This document shows positions 37,997-51,790 of a stretch of DNA of 64,000 nucleotides, piece by piece. Position numbers and translations under genes: made by a program. The first letter of the stretch is position 1. Every line of letters starts with the position of its first letter. The notes beneath the pieces are model-generated. The model was not told the DNA's origin and searched no databases. It saw only the letters and a program-made list of their open reading frames with translations. The DNA comes from Cirrosporium novae-zelandiae (Eukaryota): positions 186,001 to 250,000 of the forward strand of contig JAPETS010000017.1 of NCBI GenBank assembly GCA_026023565.1. The letters run 5' to 3'.

Positions 37997-39703
37997 ATGG
38001 CGTCTTCATCCATTTTGCTGAAAAATAGTACGGTTCTTACCCATGGCAAAGACGATCATGTCAACTTCCTCCAGAATATAGACCTTCTAATCGAGGGAAC
38101 CACCATCAAGCAGATGGAATAGATGTCCCACCATAAAAGGATACCAGAATCATTGATTGTTCTGGCAAACTTATTTCTCCCGGCTTCGTCGATACGGTAG
38201 GTGCTCTTCAAAAACAAATAGCATTACGAGTTTCAAGCTCATCCATTCTTAGCACTACCATGCATGGCAAACTCAGCTCAAGGGCCGCCATGGAAATGAT
38301 ATCCTATTTGATTACTTTGCCAATGGTATGTCATTCTTTATTACCATATTACTCTGTGGCTGCTCACCCGAATTCTCCAGGGGGCTTTCGGTCATACAAT
38401 TATACTGCAGGAGATGCCTTTTGGGGACAGCTCGGTGCTTTGCTTGAAGCTCTTGATAAGGGCACAACAACGTGGTGGATTTTGTGAACATGACATATTC
38501 ACCGGAACATGGTAAAAAATTATCATGTGGAATCCCCAGAATTTAGCTGGCTCCTGATAGCAAAGCAGGCTGTCTCGGCAACGATTGCCTCTAGAATCAG
38601 ATCCACTTTTAGTTATAGCATGCATCAAGGAATGGGCCGGCGTTAAGGTAAAAATGAACGAAGAAATATTCCTAGATTGGTGAATGGCTACACTTGAAGA
38701 GTTGACAAAAGGCCAGCCATACGGAAATGGTAGAGTGTTCATTGGACTAAGTTTCGATGGACTGTGGCTTCCAAAGGGAAAAGTGATTGAAGTTATAACG
38801 AAAGCGCGCAAATTAAGGGTTAAAGTCATCACGACACACTATGTTTGCGTGCCTGTCGCTGGTAAGGAACCGCATTTTCTTGCCAACATATTGAACTCTC
38901 GGTAGATCACAGGGAAAGTACCCGTCTACTAACAAAACATAACAGGAAGGACTTCGGCCGTGTCTCTTTTACCGGACTATAGCCTCCTGGATTCCGATAT
39001 TCTCTTCGCCCATGCCACCAATCCTTCTCCAATCGACGCTCCCCTCTCGTCAAGTCAAATGCTCACATCTCCAGCACTCCTGAAATGGAAGTTCACATGG
39101 CCCAAGGCTCCCCATCTGCTTCCGTCCTGACTACTTTCCCCTCTCATCCCTTGGTATTGACTGCCATAGTGGCGTGTCTGCTTCAATTCCTTACCAAATG
39201 CGGTTTGGACTATAGTATACGTGGGGGGTGCAGAATGAGAAGTTCTTAGAAAAATGGAAATCCCCAAAGCAGTTAGATTTCCTTGTGGAACAAGCGTTTA
39301 ACCTGGGAACGATCATGGAAACTAGGGCGGTAGGCATGGAGAAGGAGATATGAAGCTTAGAGGTCGGAAAGAGGGCCGATGTTGTGATATTTGATGGCAT
39401 GAGTCCAGCAATGATTTGCGCAGCCATCAAGGATCCTGTTGCTGCCATTGTGCTGCATTCAACGCCGGCAGATATTGATACCGTGACTGTCAATGGTGTC
39501 ATAGGAAAGAAGGGGGGAAACTAGTGTCGACGAAGACAGAAGATGGCAAAACTCTCCATTTGGAAGAAATTGCAGCAGAATTGATCAAAAGTCAGGAGAA
39601 GATTGAGGAGAGGATTGAGGAGAGGATTAGAGAAGGGGATATAGAGGCGGGGAGACGGCATACAATGGATCTATTCAGAATTAATCCGAATAACCTTGTA
39701 TAG
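37997..39703 (+). pseudogene. Amidohydrolase (Atz/Trz, MTA/SAH deaminase-like) pseudogene
   Basis: Recognisable motifs SILLKN.TVL, IIDCSGKLISPGFVDT|HYHAWQTQLKGRH, AFNLGT, SLEVGKRADVVIFD and DPVAAIVLHS, broken by in-frame stops (TAG 38120-22, TGA 38681-83, TGA 39351-53) and frameshifts. Confidence 0.85.
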
Positions 39704-40467
39704 TGTATAAATAATTCAAGTCCTTGACTTGAACAAGATTATTTATTTTTAAATAATTCTTTATTAGCAAAACAATTACTAAGAGGTTGTAGAATGCGCG
39801 AGACCCCAAACCTATATTACAATCCCATCTTCATTAATAAAATACGTATTTATCTAGTTCTAATATATAATTATATAACCGAAGTTGAATTATTTACAGC
39901 TGTATGAGATTTTCGTTGGCTCGAAGGCGACATGCGAACAATAAAATGAATTATCATCATGAGATTTTTTGTTAATGATCGGGATATATGATGGCCAAGG
40001 ACTAAAATCTATGGTTGGGGGAGCTCTAAGCTATAGAAAGAGTTAGGGCATAGTCTAGTCAATGTCAAAACTCGGGAATTGAAAATTTTACCTTAACCAT
40101 TCATTAATAATCAGCCTTTTATTACCGTTTCTAGTCAACGCTCGATTACCTAGATTAGACTGTTAGGGTCTCATGTATTCTACAACCTCCAAATACCATA
40201 GCTCTTGAGATTACATCATCCGTCGGTATTCGGGCCTTCGGTTGCTAGTGCTGAGATAGAAGACTGTAATTTGATAGAGAGCTACAGGTGATGAGGAGAG
40301 AGCTCCAAGTGACGAGCTTGGCTTGATGAACGCCTACATAATGGGGCTCTAACTGCATGCTCTTTCATTACATGCCTCCCAAACTTCTCATCTTGTTTTC
40401 TTTCTCGTGAATCTATCAAACAAAATAACCCAGCGATTGGAAATACTCAATTGCCCTCAGCACAACC

Positions 40468-41480
40468 ATGTCTTATCTCAGAAAGATCCTTGTCACAGGT
40501 GCGACAGGCAAACAAGGTGGAGCCGTCCTCTCACAGCTTCTCGCTCATAATTCTCCTCCGAAATTCAATCTCTTGGTTCTCACCCGCAATGCGTCATCTG
40601 CAAGAGCTCAGGCACTGGCCGAAAAGCCCAACGTTACTGTCATAGAGGGAGATCTTTACGACGTGCCAGCCATCTTCGAGAAGTTGGAAGATGTCTGGGG
40701 AGTGTATTCTGTGCAGACGGTCGATAGCCCGGAGAAGGAGGAGACGCAGGGGAAGGCTCTGGTTGACGTTGCTACTGAGGCTGGAGTGAAGCATTTTGTA
40801 TACTCTTCTGGTAAGTGTCTCAGGGGTTGGCACCCATTTCGGAGCCAGCAGCAGTGGTATCCATGGAACGGTTCTAATATCACGTCCTAGTTGACCGCGG
40901 CGGTCCCATCAAATCCGTCACGGATCCTACCGTCGTCCCCCATTTCGCCTCCAAACATGCTATCGAAAAACACCTCGAACTGAAGGCTACTAGCTCGCCC
41001 CAGCAAATGACCTTCACCATTCTCCGCCCCACTGCATTCATGGATAATCTTACGAAAAATTTCTTCGGCAAGACATTTGCTTCGTGGTGGAAATCTCTCC
41101 CCGGCACTCGGCACGACGGCAGCATGATGCACGAAAAGCTTCAGCTGGTTGCGGTGGCTGACATCGGATTCTTTGGAGCAAAGGCGTTTTTGGAGCCGGA
41201 GAAGTTTGCGGGGAAAGGAATCAGTCTTGCGGGGGATGATTTGACTTGGGAGGAGGGAAATAAAATTTTCAAGAAGGTGGTCGGGACGGATATGCCGCAT
41301 ACATTTGGATTAATTGCCAATGCATTTAGGTGGATGGTTAAGGATATAGGAGAAATGGTAAATTGGTTTAGGGAGGTCGGATATGGAGCTGATGTTGAGG
41401 AGTGTAGGAAAATTAATCCCGAAATGATGGATTTTGAAAAATTTTTGAGGGAGAAGAGTGATTGGGCTGAAAAGAAATAA
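40468..41480 (+). CDS. NmrA-like family protein (atypical SDR, NMRAL1/HSCARG-like); 2 exons
   Basis: ILVTGATGKQGGAV, EETQGKALVD.A..AGVKHFVYSS|VDRGG, VPHFASK..IE, TILRPTAFMDN; intron 40811-40890. Confidence 0.92.
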
Positions 41481-43639
41481 GGGGGTTTGTTTTGGAAGAG
41501 TTAGGAGTTAGGGCTTGATATTAAGGGAAACAAAGATTCTGGAAAGATAACGGGGCTGTTCTTGAGCTCTTTCTCTTATGGTGAGAATCTAGGACATCTG
41601 TCATTTAAACATCGTATCGAAGATATAGACTGCAGCATAGCTAGGATAGTCTTAGAACTCTTCGAGACTAGGAATTGTTAAAAGAACTAGCTTGAAGATT
41701 CCCCGCAATGCACAAAAGTTTTCCAGCCCTCTTATACAACTAGACGTTTCAGATATGAACAGGCATGAAAGGTAGCAGAACTCACCCATTAATATTAGGG
41801 AAGCTTTGAAGCAAAATGAGACTTTAATTAAAAGTAGCTTTCAATGCGAATCGACCTTTGCATTTCAAACGTTGAGACCTCCAAGGAATTTCTAGCCAAA
41901 AATTTCGACTAGGCTATTCTTAATAATTGACGAGGGAGAGCAGCAGATGGAGAGGAATTTCTTTTTCTCAGTATTATATGTTGAAATGTTACATGTCTGA
42001 AATGTCAACAACGTGTTTGCTCATTTCTCATACTCTCAGGAACCAGCTTGCAAATAAGAACAGCAAGCAATGGAAGAGTTTTGGACATTGGTTGTGCCTG
42101 CATGGTGAGTGCAGCTTAATGGCCATTGACTCGTAAGTTTGTGTGTGCCGTGTAGCTGATATGTCAAAAATGTATCAGAATGACGGGGAAAAATTGCTTG
42201 ACGAATCAGGGTTGGTGGGTTAGCTGGAGAATAATGAGCCTATGACTAGCTAAGCTCAACGTTGAACCGAATGTTGGAGAAAAGAAAGGTGAAGATGTGA
42301 GAAAGTATGATAGGATGGAAAAGATTAAAATAGAATACTATGGTAGTAAATGTGATGTGTTGGAGTGGGTTGGATGGTGGTGACTGGTGACTGGTGACTG
42401 GTACTGGTACTGGTACTGGTACTGGTACTGTATTCGGATTATGTATTTATTTTCATAATTGAATACGGAATGTGATTGGTATAGTGTCACAAATCAAGCT
42501 CTGTAGAAAGGCGAAGAACAAGAAAAGATAAGTTACGAATGCGTTGCCACGCGTCTACCGACTGGTTCGTGATCTTCAAGACCTTCTCCGTAGCCAAGAA
42601 CCAACCACCAACCGAGAGGGGCTGAACCAAAGACCAAAGCCCAAAGGGCCCAAAGCTTTTGACAAAGCCCCTCAAACCAAAAATAGTCGCAAATATGGCC
42701 ATGACTGACAACAACAGTAACAACAACACCACACTACTGTAGTATTCAAAACCATTTACTATACTCGAGTAGTTACCGGAGAATTCAATTTCTTTGCAAC
42801 TTTATAACCGTGTTCAGTGTCACCTGGTGAATAATTAATAAATAGAGAGATTAACAAGGATTCCCATGCTCCCTAAGCCAGATAACAGTAAACGGGGAAA
42901 AACGACGTCATAACTGTTATTTACTGAAGACGGTACTTACGTTGTCCCCTGTAAAGTAAGTAGGGATATTTCTCTCTCGTATTGCTCAACCACCTCACCA
43001 TCGAAAAGACGGAAAGAGGCTCTGGGATTAGCTCTCGGCCTATCGGATACATGCAACAATTGCTTGATGAGGCGTGAAAGTTGAACTACTCAGTAAGTGG
43101 GCTGTTAGTGGTATCAATGGTACATGTTAGCTATTCCACTTAGGATAAATGATGCAAGTTGATAGACATGCTTGCCGGGTTCCCGTCCTTGCTTTTTCTG
43201 CCCTGTCGCCCACCTTTCTGAGTTACTCAAGTTTAATTATAAAGAACAAGCAGAAAGAAAATGATGATAGCTACTTAGTTACCAGGAGGGAATTTTGTGA
43301 ATTGGCTTTCCATCTTTAATTAATACTAACAAAATTACCGTGTACTTGTCCTTGACTACTCCTCTAACTGGGTGTGTGCATTGTGCGTGGCAGCTAAGCT
43401 AAGCTATTCATCACCCAGAATCCCTTCATTTACTACTATATCGTTTTTGTTGTCTCTCCCTCGCTCTGGGTCAGCATTCCCTTTCTTTATTTCTATCATA
43501 GTCATGCCTTACTAACTTCCTAAACTTATAGAGATATTTCAGCTTTCATTCATTCGAATCAGTTGTCTGTCTGCAACTCACATAACCACCAATAAATACC
43601 ATCAACCTGGTACAATCAATCCGTACAGCAACTGCCAGC

Positions 43640-44800
43640 ATGGCATCTCTTCGCATATGCTTCTTGGTCGCTCTTCTCATCTCCCTTCTCTCGCTCGCCG
43701 CCTTCTCCCAACCTATCATCGAAGCAACCAGCCCAGATGCTAGATTGCCTAATTTTGAAACATTCAAAAGGCTGTTAGAAAATGCTGATCCGGAAGCCCT
43801 TCATAAAGCCCTCCACGATTATCAGCCAGAATATCGAGATGGTGTGTATGAGAAGGATTCCACTGCTCTCGAGGCTGTCCATCGTGATAATGCTCCGCTA
43901 GCCACAATGCTTATCGAGCTTGCAAAGAGGCAGAGTGATAACTCTACCACCACGGATGCATCAGCTACGGCAACGGTATTTATTTCCTTTCCTAGTTCAA
44001 GCTTTTAGAGGGTACCGACATATCAGCTTTGGTTGGTCCCAGTAATGCTACTTTGACAGATACTAACTGGGGTACTCCTGTAGACTGAGACCGAGACTGC
44101 AACCAAGACTGCAACTGCAGAGTCATCTGCCACAGAGACCACGGCCGAAACCACCGAGAAAACCACTGCCAAGGCCACGACTACTGCAACCGCAACCGCC
44201 ACTGCAACTGCTACCGCTACAGCTACCTCTGACACGAAGGAGACCACGACCGCGGAAACAACACAGGTCAAAACTACCGTTGTGACGCAAACAACAGTTG
44301 AAAGTACCACAGCGGAAAACTCCAAGACCACTCCTACTACACTCACCACCGCTGTAACTACCGCCGAGACTACTACCGTAGCGGAGACAACGACCGAACA
44401 GCCAACGACAAAGGGTTCTATTCTGACCACTACGAACGCAGCTGGAGTCACTGTGGTGACCACAATTGGCGGTGGGGTAGTAACTTTAACTGCTTCCGCT
44501 GAAACCGCAGATGATACAGCAACCTCAGATACTGCTACTACGACTGCTGAGCGCTCGTCCTATACCTCAGTTGTTCTGGCCACAACAACCCTTGCAAATG
44601 GTCAGAGAAGCACTTACACTTCGTATACCATTGTAGCTGCTGCCACTGATGCCTCGGCCGCTAGCGCAACCACTGATGCCTCAGGATCATCTGGCACTTC
44701 AAGCCCAAGCCTCCAGAGCGGAGCCGGAAGCATGTCAGGAATTGGAATGGAGATCCTAGCCATGATGGGAGGAGCATTGGCAGTTGGATTGGCACTATAA
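43640..44800 (+). CDS. Secreted Ser/Thr-rich, probably GPI-anchored cell-wall protein; 2 exons
   Basis: N-terminal signal peptide, KR|Q kexin-like site, long Thr/Ala/Glu-rich stalk, C-terminal small-residue site (LQSGAG) followed by a hydrophobic tail; intron 43976-44083. Confidence 0.85.
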
Positions 44801-45744
44801 AACTAAGGTCCTCTTGCTCTCACAAAAAACAAAAAACAAAAACAAAACAAAACAGGCTACACTCATTTACGAAATTACGGCTTTGACGGCTCTCTCGTTG
44901 TTAATTGACATTTTCCAAAAAAAAACCAGATTGATAACGGAGGTACATATGGGCATATTTGGTTGGGAAAGTGTGGCATAGAAAAATGGCGTTGACATAT
45001 ATTTAGTCCTCTTTTGCTGCGTTAAAGCTTTTTTTTTGTGATTTATATAAGGAAATATGGGAGCGTTAACAAGCGTGCGCGGTTATACCTTAAGACAGCT
45101 CAGTCTTTAGTTTTAATTATTCAAAATGGTAATTTCTATTTATTGCAGGAAAAAATGTTTGTTGCTTTTGTGCAAGGGATTTGGTTAGACTATGACTGCC
45201 ATATAGATAATCCCCTTGTGGGCATTGTACATGAAACAGGCAAGGAGGGAAACCTCATTTCGCTAGAATCGGGTGGGGGCTTTTCTCCTTAATATATATG
45301 GCGAAATGAAAAAAAGGGTACTGTATGTAGATCAAAATTTGAGGGAGTTTTCATCTCTGATATCTCCTTCCTTGCTTATTTAGTTAATTGGTCCCTTGGA
45401 GGGATAGATTGGATAGATAACAAATAATAGATAATGGACGGCACACACATGCGGTTACAAAAATGACATCAGTGTTTGTGTCTGTATTTTTTTTTGTAAA
45501 CAATGATAGGGAATTCCCATTTCTCCATTTTTTATTTTGTATCTCCTAGATGTGGTTAATTATACCAATGTCTCCATCCCATACTCATGCCCCCCCCCCG
45601 TAAGTATCAAACACCAAAAGAAGCCCTAGTAATTATATATCGCTCTCTACCAACCCCAACTCCAATAAAAATGCGTAGTTGAGTTTTTTTCTTTTCTTCT
45701 TCCTCGCCTTCTTTCTTACCTTTTCTTTCTTTTCTTTGAATTAA

Positions 45745-47058
45745 TTAATCAAATGGAATGATCCTAAGCCCTTCATGTCCTCCCATCTTCTTCCTGTGCT
45801 CCTGTAACGCTGCCACGGAGCTTGGAACCTTGATTCCGCAACAATCTCCTAGTCCCGTATGATTGTGGCCTTTATGTTGATGATGATGATGATCGTCCCC
45901 TCCTTCTCCTTCTTCTTCCTCTTCGACCTCGTTGCTTCCTTCCTCTCCACTGATTCCTTCGCTCATGCCGTCTTCCCCTGGCAGTAGCCCTCCAAATAGA
46001 AAGTGCTGCATGACGGCTCTCTTGCCCAGCACCTCCTTGACGAACAATCTTTTCATTCCGTTCTCCACCTTTTCCCAGCTTTTCGATCCGGAAATGTCGT
46101 CTAGCATTGGACTATGCCAGCGTAGCCCTTGTACGCTTTTGGAAGCATTGATGTGCGCAATCTGGTCGAGGTAAAAGTAGTTTGGTCCTTCCTCTGCCAG
46201 TGTTAATGCGCTATGGATTCCTTTGGGCGTAATGTAGCGATGATGTAGGAGCTGTGAGGATCCAAATAGGAAGGGCATGAAAACGTAGTCGTCGAGACCC
46301 CAGACACCATGTGAGCCCGCGGGTTCTAGATAGTAGGTTGCCTGTAGGTTTCGGATGAGAGTCAGATATGCGGGATAGACACGGAGGACGAGGGTGGGGA
46401 AGTCCTTTTTGGGGATTAAGCCCAGGAGATACAGGCAGAGGAGGTAGGCGAGGAACGCGAGCTCATGGCCGGAGCCAAAGTCCAAGCGCAGAGCAGAGCC
46501 TAACGAGGAGAGGAAGTAGGGTGCCACGGCTGCAGTGGCGGGGCCTGTGGGATGGGGCCCGCCTTTGGGGAATATTGGTTCATGCAGCGCGGGAGAGAGG
46601 TCGGTGAGCGCGTCCAGGTAGGTTCGAAAAGCGACGTTACCGAAGCGGGAGGAGTTTTTGACTGGGGGGCATTCGTTGATCAGGTCATTGGCTTTGTGTA
46701 GAAGATCGAGGACGTGCGTGAGCGTAGGATTTGTGGATTCTGTGGGAGGGGGGACCGCAGATATAGGTGTATCGATCACCGAGTCTGTGAGGGCGAAGAT
46801 CCATGACAGTAAAAGTTTGTATGTCGATGATTGAAGGTAGATCTGGTGATCCTGCGGGTTAAGAATTCGGCGAACTGGTTCGTCATAGAAGGAGGCAGAT
46901 AATGGCGGGGGAGCAGGAAGAGGTGTGGAGGTAGGAACTGGAATTAGATCAGCAGGCGGGGAGGCCTTGCGATGGCGGGGTGTCAGTTTGGGGATTTTAG
47001 CGGAGAGAAGAGGAGGGATAGAAGAGGAGGGAGATGATTTAGTTGATGATGGCTCCAT
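45745..47058 (-). CDS. RRD2: PP2A phosphatase activator PTPA, Rrd2/Ypa2 type
   Basis: SRFGN..FR, RLDFGSGHEL.F, YYLEPAGSHGVWGLDDY.F.PFLFGSSQL, LRWHSPMLDDIS, GDCCGIKVPS, IPFD*. Confidence 0.9.
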   Translation of the reverse strand: MEPSSTKSSPSSSIPPLLSAKIPKLTPRHRKASPPADLIPVPTSTPLPAPPPLSASFYDEPVRRILNPQDHQIYLQSSTYKLLLSWIFALTDSVIDTPISAVPPPTESTNPTLTHVLDLLHKANDLINECPPVKNSSRFGNVAFRTYLDALTDLSPALHEPIFPKGGPHPTGPATAAVAPYFLSSLGSALRLDFGSGHELAFLAYLLCLYLLGLIPKKDFPTLVLRVYPAYLTLIRNLQATYYLEPAGSHGVWGLDDYVFMPFLFGSSQLLHHRYITPKGIHSALTLAEEGPNYFYLDQIAHINASKSVQGLRWHSPMLDDISGSKSWEKVENGMKRLFVKEVLGKRAVMQHFLFGGLLPGEDGMSEGISGEEGSNEVEEEEEGEGGDDHHHHQHKGHNHTGLGDCCGIKVPSSVAALQEHRKKMGGHEGLRIIPFD

Positions 47059-47598
47059 GATGGTTGATCGGAGAACAGATGCAAAGTAGCTACTTTGATA
47101 TAATTGTTATGTGGCTTTTGATGGTTGTTCCATTGTGTCATTTATGTCATTTATGTCATTTATGTCATTCTGTCATTCTGTCATTCTGCCACCAAATGGC
47201 TTTGACCGCTTTTGGAAACTCCAATGGATCTTTCTAATTAAAATTATCTACATCTTTTGTCCAACTTAAGTAATTCATTGTAATCTTAATCATTTCTTTT
47301 CCTTATGACCTCAAAACTCCTTATTATTTCTTGTATATGTTAGCTAAACAGCAGCTGGATAAATCCGAAATAAACCTGGTCTCACCGCTCTCTCTCCTAG
47401 TATCCCTTCTCCAAGAAACTTGACCGAATAGCCCAAGCCATCTTTCCGGATCGCCGCTTATCCTTTCCGCCATTAAGACTTATCACCTGCAATAAGCCGT
47501 TGACTGCTCATTATATACTTTCTAGTCACCTATAATCAACCCCTCATCATCCCTCTTCTTTCATCACCCAACGCCTATCTTTCATATCCTTCCTAATC

Positions 47599-48435
47599 AT
47601 GGCTGATCAACAACAACAACATCAACATCAACATCATCATCAACCTCCTTCTCAATCTCCAGCTGCCAGCTATCCTCCATCAGCCAACGAAGTCACCCCC
47701 ATTATAAGTAACGAACAAACCCTCCGCCGTCTTCGTTCATATAACTCAACATCCGGTCATTCGGTTTCGCATCCTCGTCCACACACTATTGCTGAAAACC
47801 GCTCCACCACCAGAACACAATCACAAATATCCATTCAATCTACCGAACAAGTTCAATCAACTCTGCCACATGAACCCTCCAAATGTCAAGAGAAATCCTG
47901 GTTCAAGTCTATCACTGACCGCTATGGTTCCCTCGAACTCGAGAATAAGGGCAGTGTGGCGCGCGACCATCTTGCTCTTGAGCGTACCTTCTTAGCATGG
48001 CTTCGGACTTCTCTCGCATTCGCTAGCATAGGTATTGCAATTACCCAGCTGTTCCGTCTCAATACAACCCTCTCTTCCGATAATGCTACACAAACTGGCT
48101 TTACTCCGATCTCGGGGAAACCCTCGTCCTACAATTCCTTTTTGGTCCCTAATTACACATCTGATTCCCTGGCTTTAATGACAGCAAAGCAACAACAACA
48201 AGACCGCCTGCGCCAAATAGGAAAACCACTTGGCGCTACATTCATTGGAATTGCCATCATAGTTCTCATAATTGGAGCACATCGATACTTCGAGGCACAG
48301 CACTGGATCGTGAAGGGCAAATTCCCGGCGAGTCGCGGAAGCATAGGGATTGTAGCCTTGGTGGCTGCTGCCTTGATTATTGCGAGCTTGGTGGTTATTT
48401 TGACTGTTGACCCCGAGGATATTTTAGGAGTGTAA
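47599..48435 (+). CDS. DUF202 (YidH-like) membrane protein
   Basis: LENKGSVARDHLALERTFLAWLRTSLAFASIGIAITQLFRL, three hydrophobic segments and the G.FPASRG motif. Confidence 0.9.
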   Translation: MADQQQQHQHQHHHQPPSQSPAASYPPSANEVTPIISNEQTLRRLRSYNSTSGHSVSHPRPHTIAENRSTTRTQSQISIQSTEQVQSTLPHEPSKCQEKSWFKSITDRYGSLELENKGSVARDHLALERTFLAWLRTSLAFASIGIAITQLFRLNTTLSSDNATQTGFTPISGKPSSYNSFLVPNYTSDSLALMTAKQQQQDRLRQIGKPLGATFIGIAIIVLIIGAHRYFEAQHWIVKGKFPASRGSIGIVALVAAALIIASLVVILTVDPEDILGV

Positions 48436-48990
48436 TTCGAATAAGGATTTCTTATATCTATCTTGTTACCTTTATATTTGTGTGGCTAAACGAAAGCGTG
48501 GAATACGCTTAAACGAAAAGAAGAGAAAAAAAAGACGGGTTTAATATGGCATGTATAATATGGGACGAGTCGACATCTGGATACATTGTACAATACTATG
48601 GATGAAACGGACGATGTGCTATTTAATGCGGTTCAACTAAGATAATTAGAGTTATTCAGCAATGTCATTGTTTTTCTCAACTTCCATTACACTTGTTTAA
48701 GGTTAACCACATTATCCCAAACCAATACAGGCAAAGAAGTTCAGTTGCATCATGACCTTCATAATCTTATATTTTTCATAGACTGAGCAGCCGAGTTTTT
48801 TTCATTTCCGTTCTATCTTAAGCTTGAAAAATAATATGACACCAGAACCAGAACCACACATTCTAAGATGAACTCCATCCCCTTTAAATATCGCTGCGAC
48901 CTTGTGTGCATTACATTTATCCCATTTCATAGCTTCATCCGCTCCCCTACAGCGCCCACATACACTTCATTACCGGCAGGACAATCGTCA

Positions 48991-50877
48991 TTATCCGCCA
49001 CTGAGTCCTAAGCCCCCAGCAATCTTCTTAATCAACGCCTTCTTCAAGAACCGCTCCCGCGCAGCCGCCCTTGTGGCTCTCATCCACACGTCCACTCCAA
49101 TCCGGCCCCTGTCCAGTGCTCTCGCTAGCCCCGCGATCGCATCTCCCGCTGCCATGTCCTCCGCACATAGCTCGTAGAGCTGATTCCCAACTCTCGTCGG
49201 TGCAACTAGTACATCGTCTACGGGAGGCGGCTCACGGCCTTTTGCTTCGACCATTACGGTATCGGCCCGGCGAATAGCGTTATTCAGAATGTGTTCGTTG
49301 GAAGTGAGGAGGGTTTGTAGGGATTGGAGCGCAGAGAGCTCGGCGCTTAATGAGGCATAGGCGGTGTGCATAGCTTGTGCTTGGATGTGTAGGGATTGGA
49401 GGGCGGAGGTATTTTTGGTCATTGTGGATTGGATGTTTTTGGTCAGTGAGTGCGAAATTGCGGTTAAGAGAGCATCTTTTTCTGGGTTTGGAGGTATTGG
49501 GGGTGGTGTGTGTGGCGTGGTGGCGGTTGGAAGTAGAATGTCCAGTGGCGATGTTAAGAGGTCGATTGCTGGTGCGGGTTTCGATTTAGGGGGTGGAGAC
49601 TGTTGAGGAGGAGGGGGTCCTTGTGTAGGCTGTAGAGCAGCAGATTGCCAATAATGTTGTGTAGGCAGAGGCTGGCCACCAGGTAGAGGAGGTGGGGGTG
49701 GTCCTTGCTGGCTATATGATGCGTTTTGAGGCGGCGGAGGTAAAGTGGGCTGTGGAGGCTGGTTGACAGGCGATGCAGGGCTAATCGGGGATGGCATCTC
49801 CTGTGGGGGATATTGTTGATATGGCCTTTGTTGTGGTTGAGGCTGACCGTGGTAACCATTTAAGCTCACTGACCTTCTAGGGGCATCTCTTGACAACGGG
49901 CTTGAATATTGTGGTTGAGTGCCTTGATAACTTGGCTGGGGAGAGCCGTATAAAGATTGCTTTCCCGGTAACGGAGGAAGAGGTAGTCTATTATCTCTCA
50001 TTGATGAATGCCGCTGTGGTAGCGGAGATTGCTGCCCTCTACTGTCGTATGGTTTGGGTGGCGGTGGAGGCGGTGGCCCTGAATTATCTTCATTCTCTTC
50101 CCTAGCTTGCATCCGTGGAGGGGGACCACTAAGCTCTGGAGGAAGAGGTGGGAGTGGAGGCGGCGGCTCATTTAGTCGGGAAGGGCCTTGCGACTGCAAT
50201 GATTGTTGCTTTGAAATAACCGGTGGCTCTTTGGCAAAAATATCTTGTGTTATGGATAAAAAGTCAATCAGTGTGGATCGCTACCGCCTAATCAGCAAAC
50301 CTCGATTTAGATAGTAGGATAATCGATATTTTGAGAAAATTATGAGCCCTCAGAAGGAGCTCAGGTAGCGACTTACCTCACTAGCCTCTGCCCAGTGCGA
50401 CAAGTATGGATGATACACCTTCCCCTCTCCGCTGACATGTTGTCCCGGTCGTATCATCATGTCCGGAGTCGGTGTAACATAGACCATTGGCCCTTCTTGA
50501 GGGTACGACTGTGGAATCCATATTGATATAGGAAATCGATAAGTTATGCCTCGGAAAGATACCGGAAGAGTCCCACGGAGATTGAGGAGGAGGGCAGATG
50601 CGCCATTCTCAAAAGCTTGAAGGGAATGTTGATCAGCATTTTCCCATAGTCTTCAAAGTATAAAAGATCATACTGTAGACATCTGTTCGCAGTGGCAACG
50701 AAGGGTATGTTGCTATAGTCTGGGCGACATCAGAATAGACTCGATTAACATTACTATAATATCCCTAGTAGCAAGCATATGAATTAGCGGGGGGGCATTG
50801 GACAAGACTGTGGGGGAACATACGTTGTTAGAAAGAACTCGATATAGCCAGTTTAAAACTTCCTGGGGAACAGCCAT
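48991..50877 (-). CDS. VPS23: ESCRT-I subunit Vps23/Stp22 (TSG101): UEV domain, Pro-rich linker, steadiness box; multi-exon
   Basis: MAVPQEVLNWLYRVL; UEV exons with LRTDVY, GTLPVSFRGITYRFPISIWIP.SYP..GPMVYVTP and G.VYHPYL; C-terminal NQLYELCAED.A..DAI..L.RALDRGRI...W.RATR..ARE.FLKKAL. Confidence 0.92.
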
Positions 50878-51790
50878 CACGTCGACTTCTAACGCTTTGA
50901 GTTGGCATAACCTAGGCAGTTCAAAAGAATTCTTCAATGAATTTGATAATCTACCTAGGTAAATAATTACAGAATTGTGACATAGCTGTTTGGGCACCTT
51001 GCTGGAAGGTCGGACCTCGGCACGGATTAAGGATATTCCACAAGATCCATTATACAAATATCGGATTCTATCAACCTCTTTTAATCTCAATATATATAAC
51101 TATTCAATATTTGCTATAATAAATAACTTCAGCTCTGAAAGAGCCTAGAGGTAAACTCCTTGGGATTCTTTGAGGCTTCCATTGTGATTGATCCCCCTCC
51201 TCTGGCAATCATTCCCAAACGAAAAGAAAGCCAACATGATATCCAGGTTGTCGTGTAAGATTCGTCTCTACCAGGATCGTTCTTGAGATTAATGATGCCT
51301 TGGAGGGGGAAACAAAGATATCTTAATCATGGGCATAAAGAAACATGGCCTCGAGAAGATATCTCTGCTTGCTCATAGGGAATTGATTCCAGCTCCTCGT
51401 CCAACACTCTTGTAATGGAATACAGTTAAATCGCTCTCTATTTCGTTGGTATCCCCTCTAATACTCTTACCTTCATCTACATCTTCTCTAAATTCTCCTA
51501 ACCTTCGATCCCTCTCTTTCTACTGTGTTTGTTCCTACATGACTTTCGTCTGTACACATATCCGTCTCCTGTGTTGACATCATTTTATCTCTCTGAAACA
51601 TCATATTTCTCTCAGCCCCCTGTCTACAACCGCCAAACAATACAAAAGTTCACAGTTACTGTCGTCGCCGCGAATAAAAAAAAAGCTTGAGAAGAGTCCT
51701 ATCGAAAGCTGAGAGCAAGGCGCGGACGAGTAACGATCTCAACCTGCCGCAACCCTAGAACAGCCACACTGAACTAAGATAACGACGACA

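Noticed and set aside
38120..39353. In-frame stops in the amidohydrolase as A-to-I editing, readthrough or selenocysteine sites
   Set aside because: Several different stops co-occur with frameshifts, which fits plain pseudogenisation.
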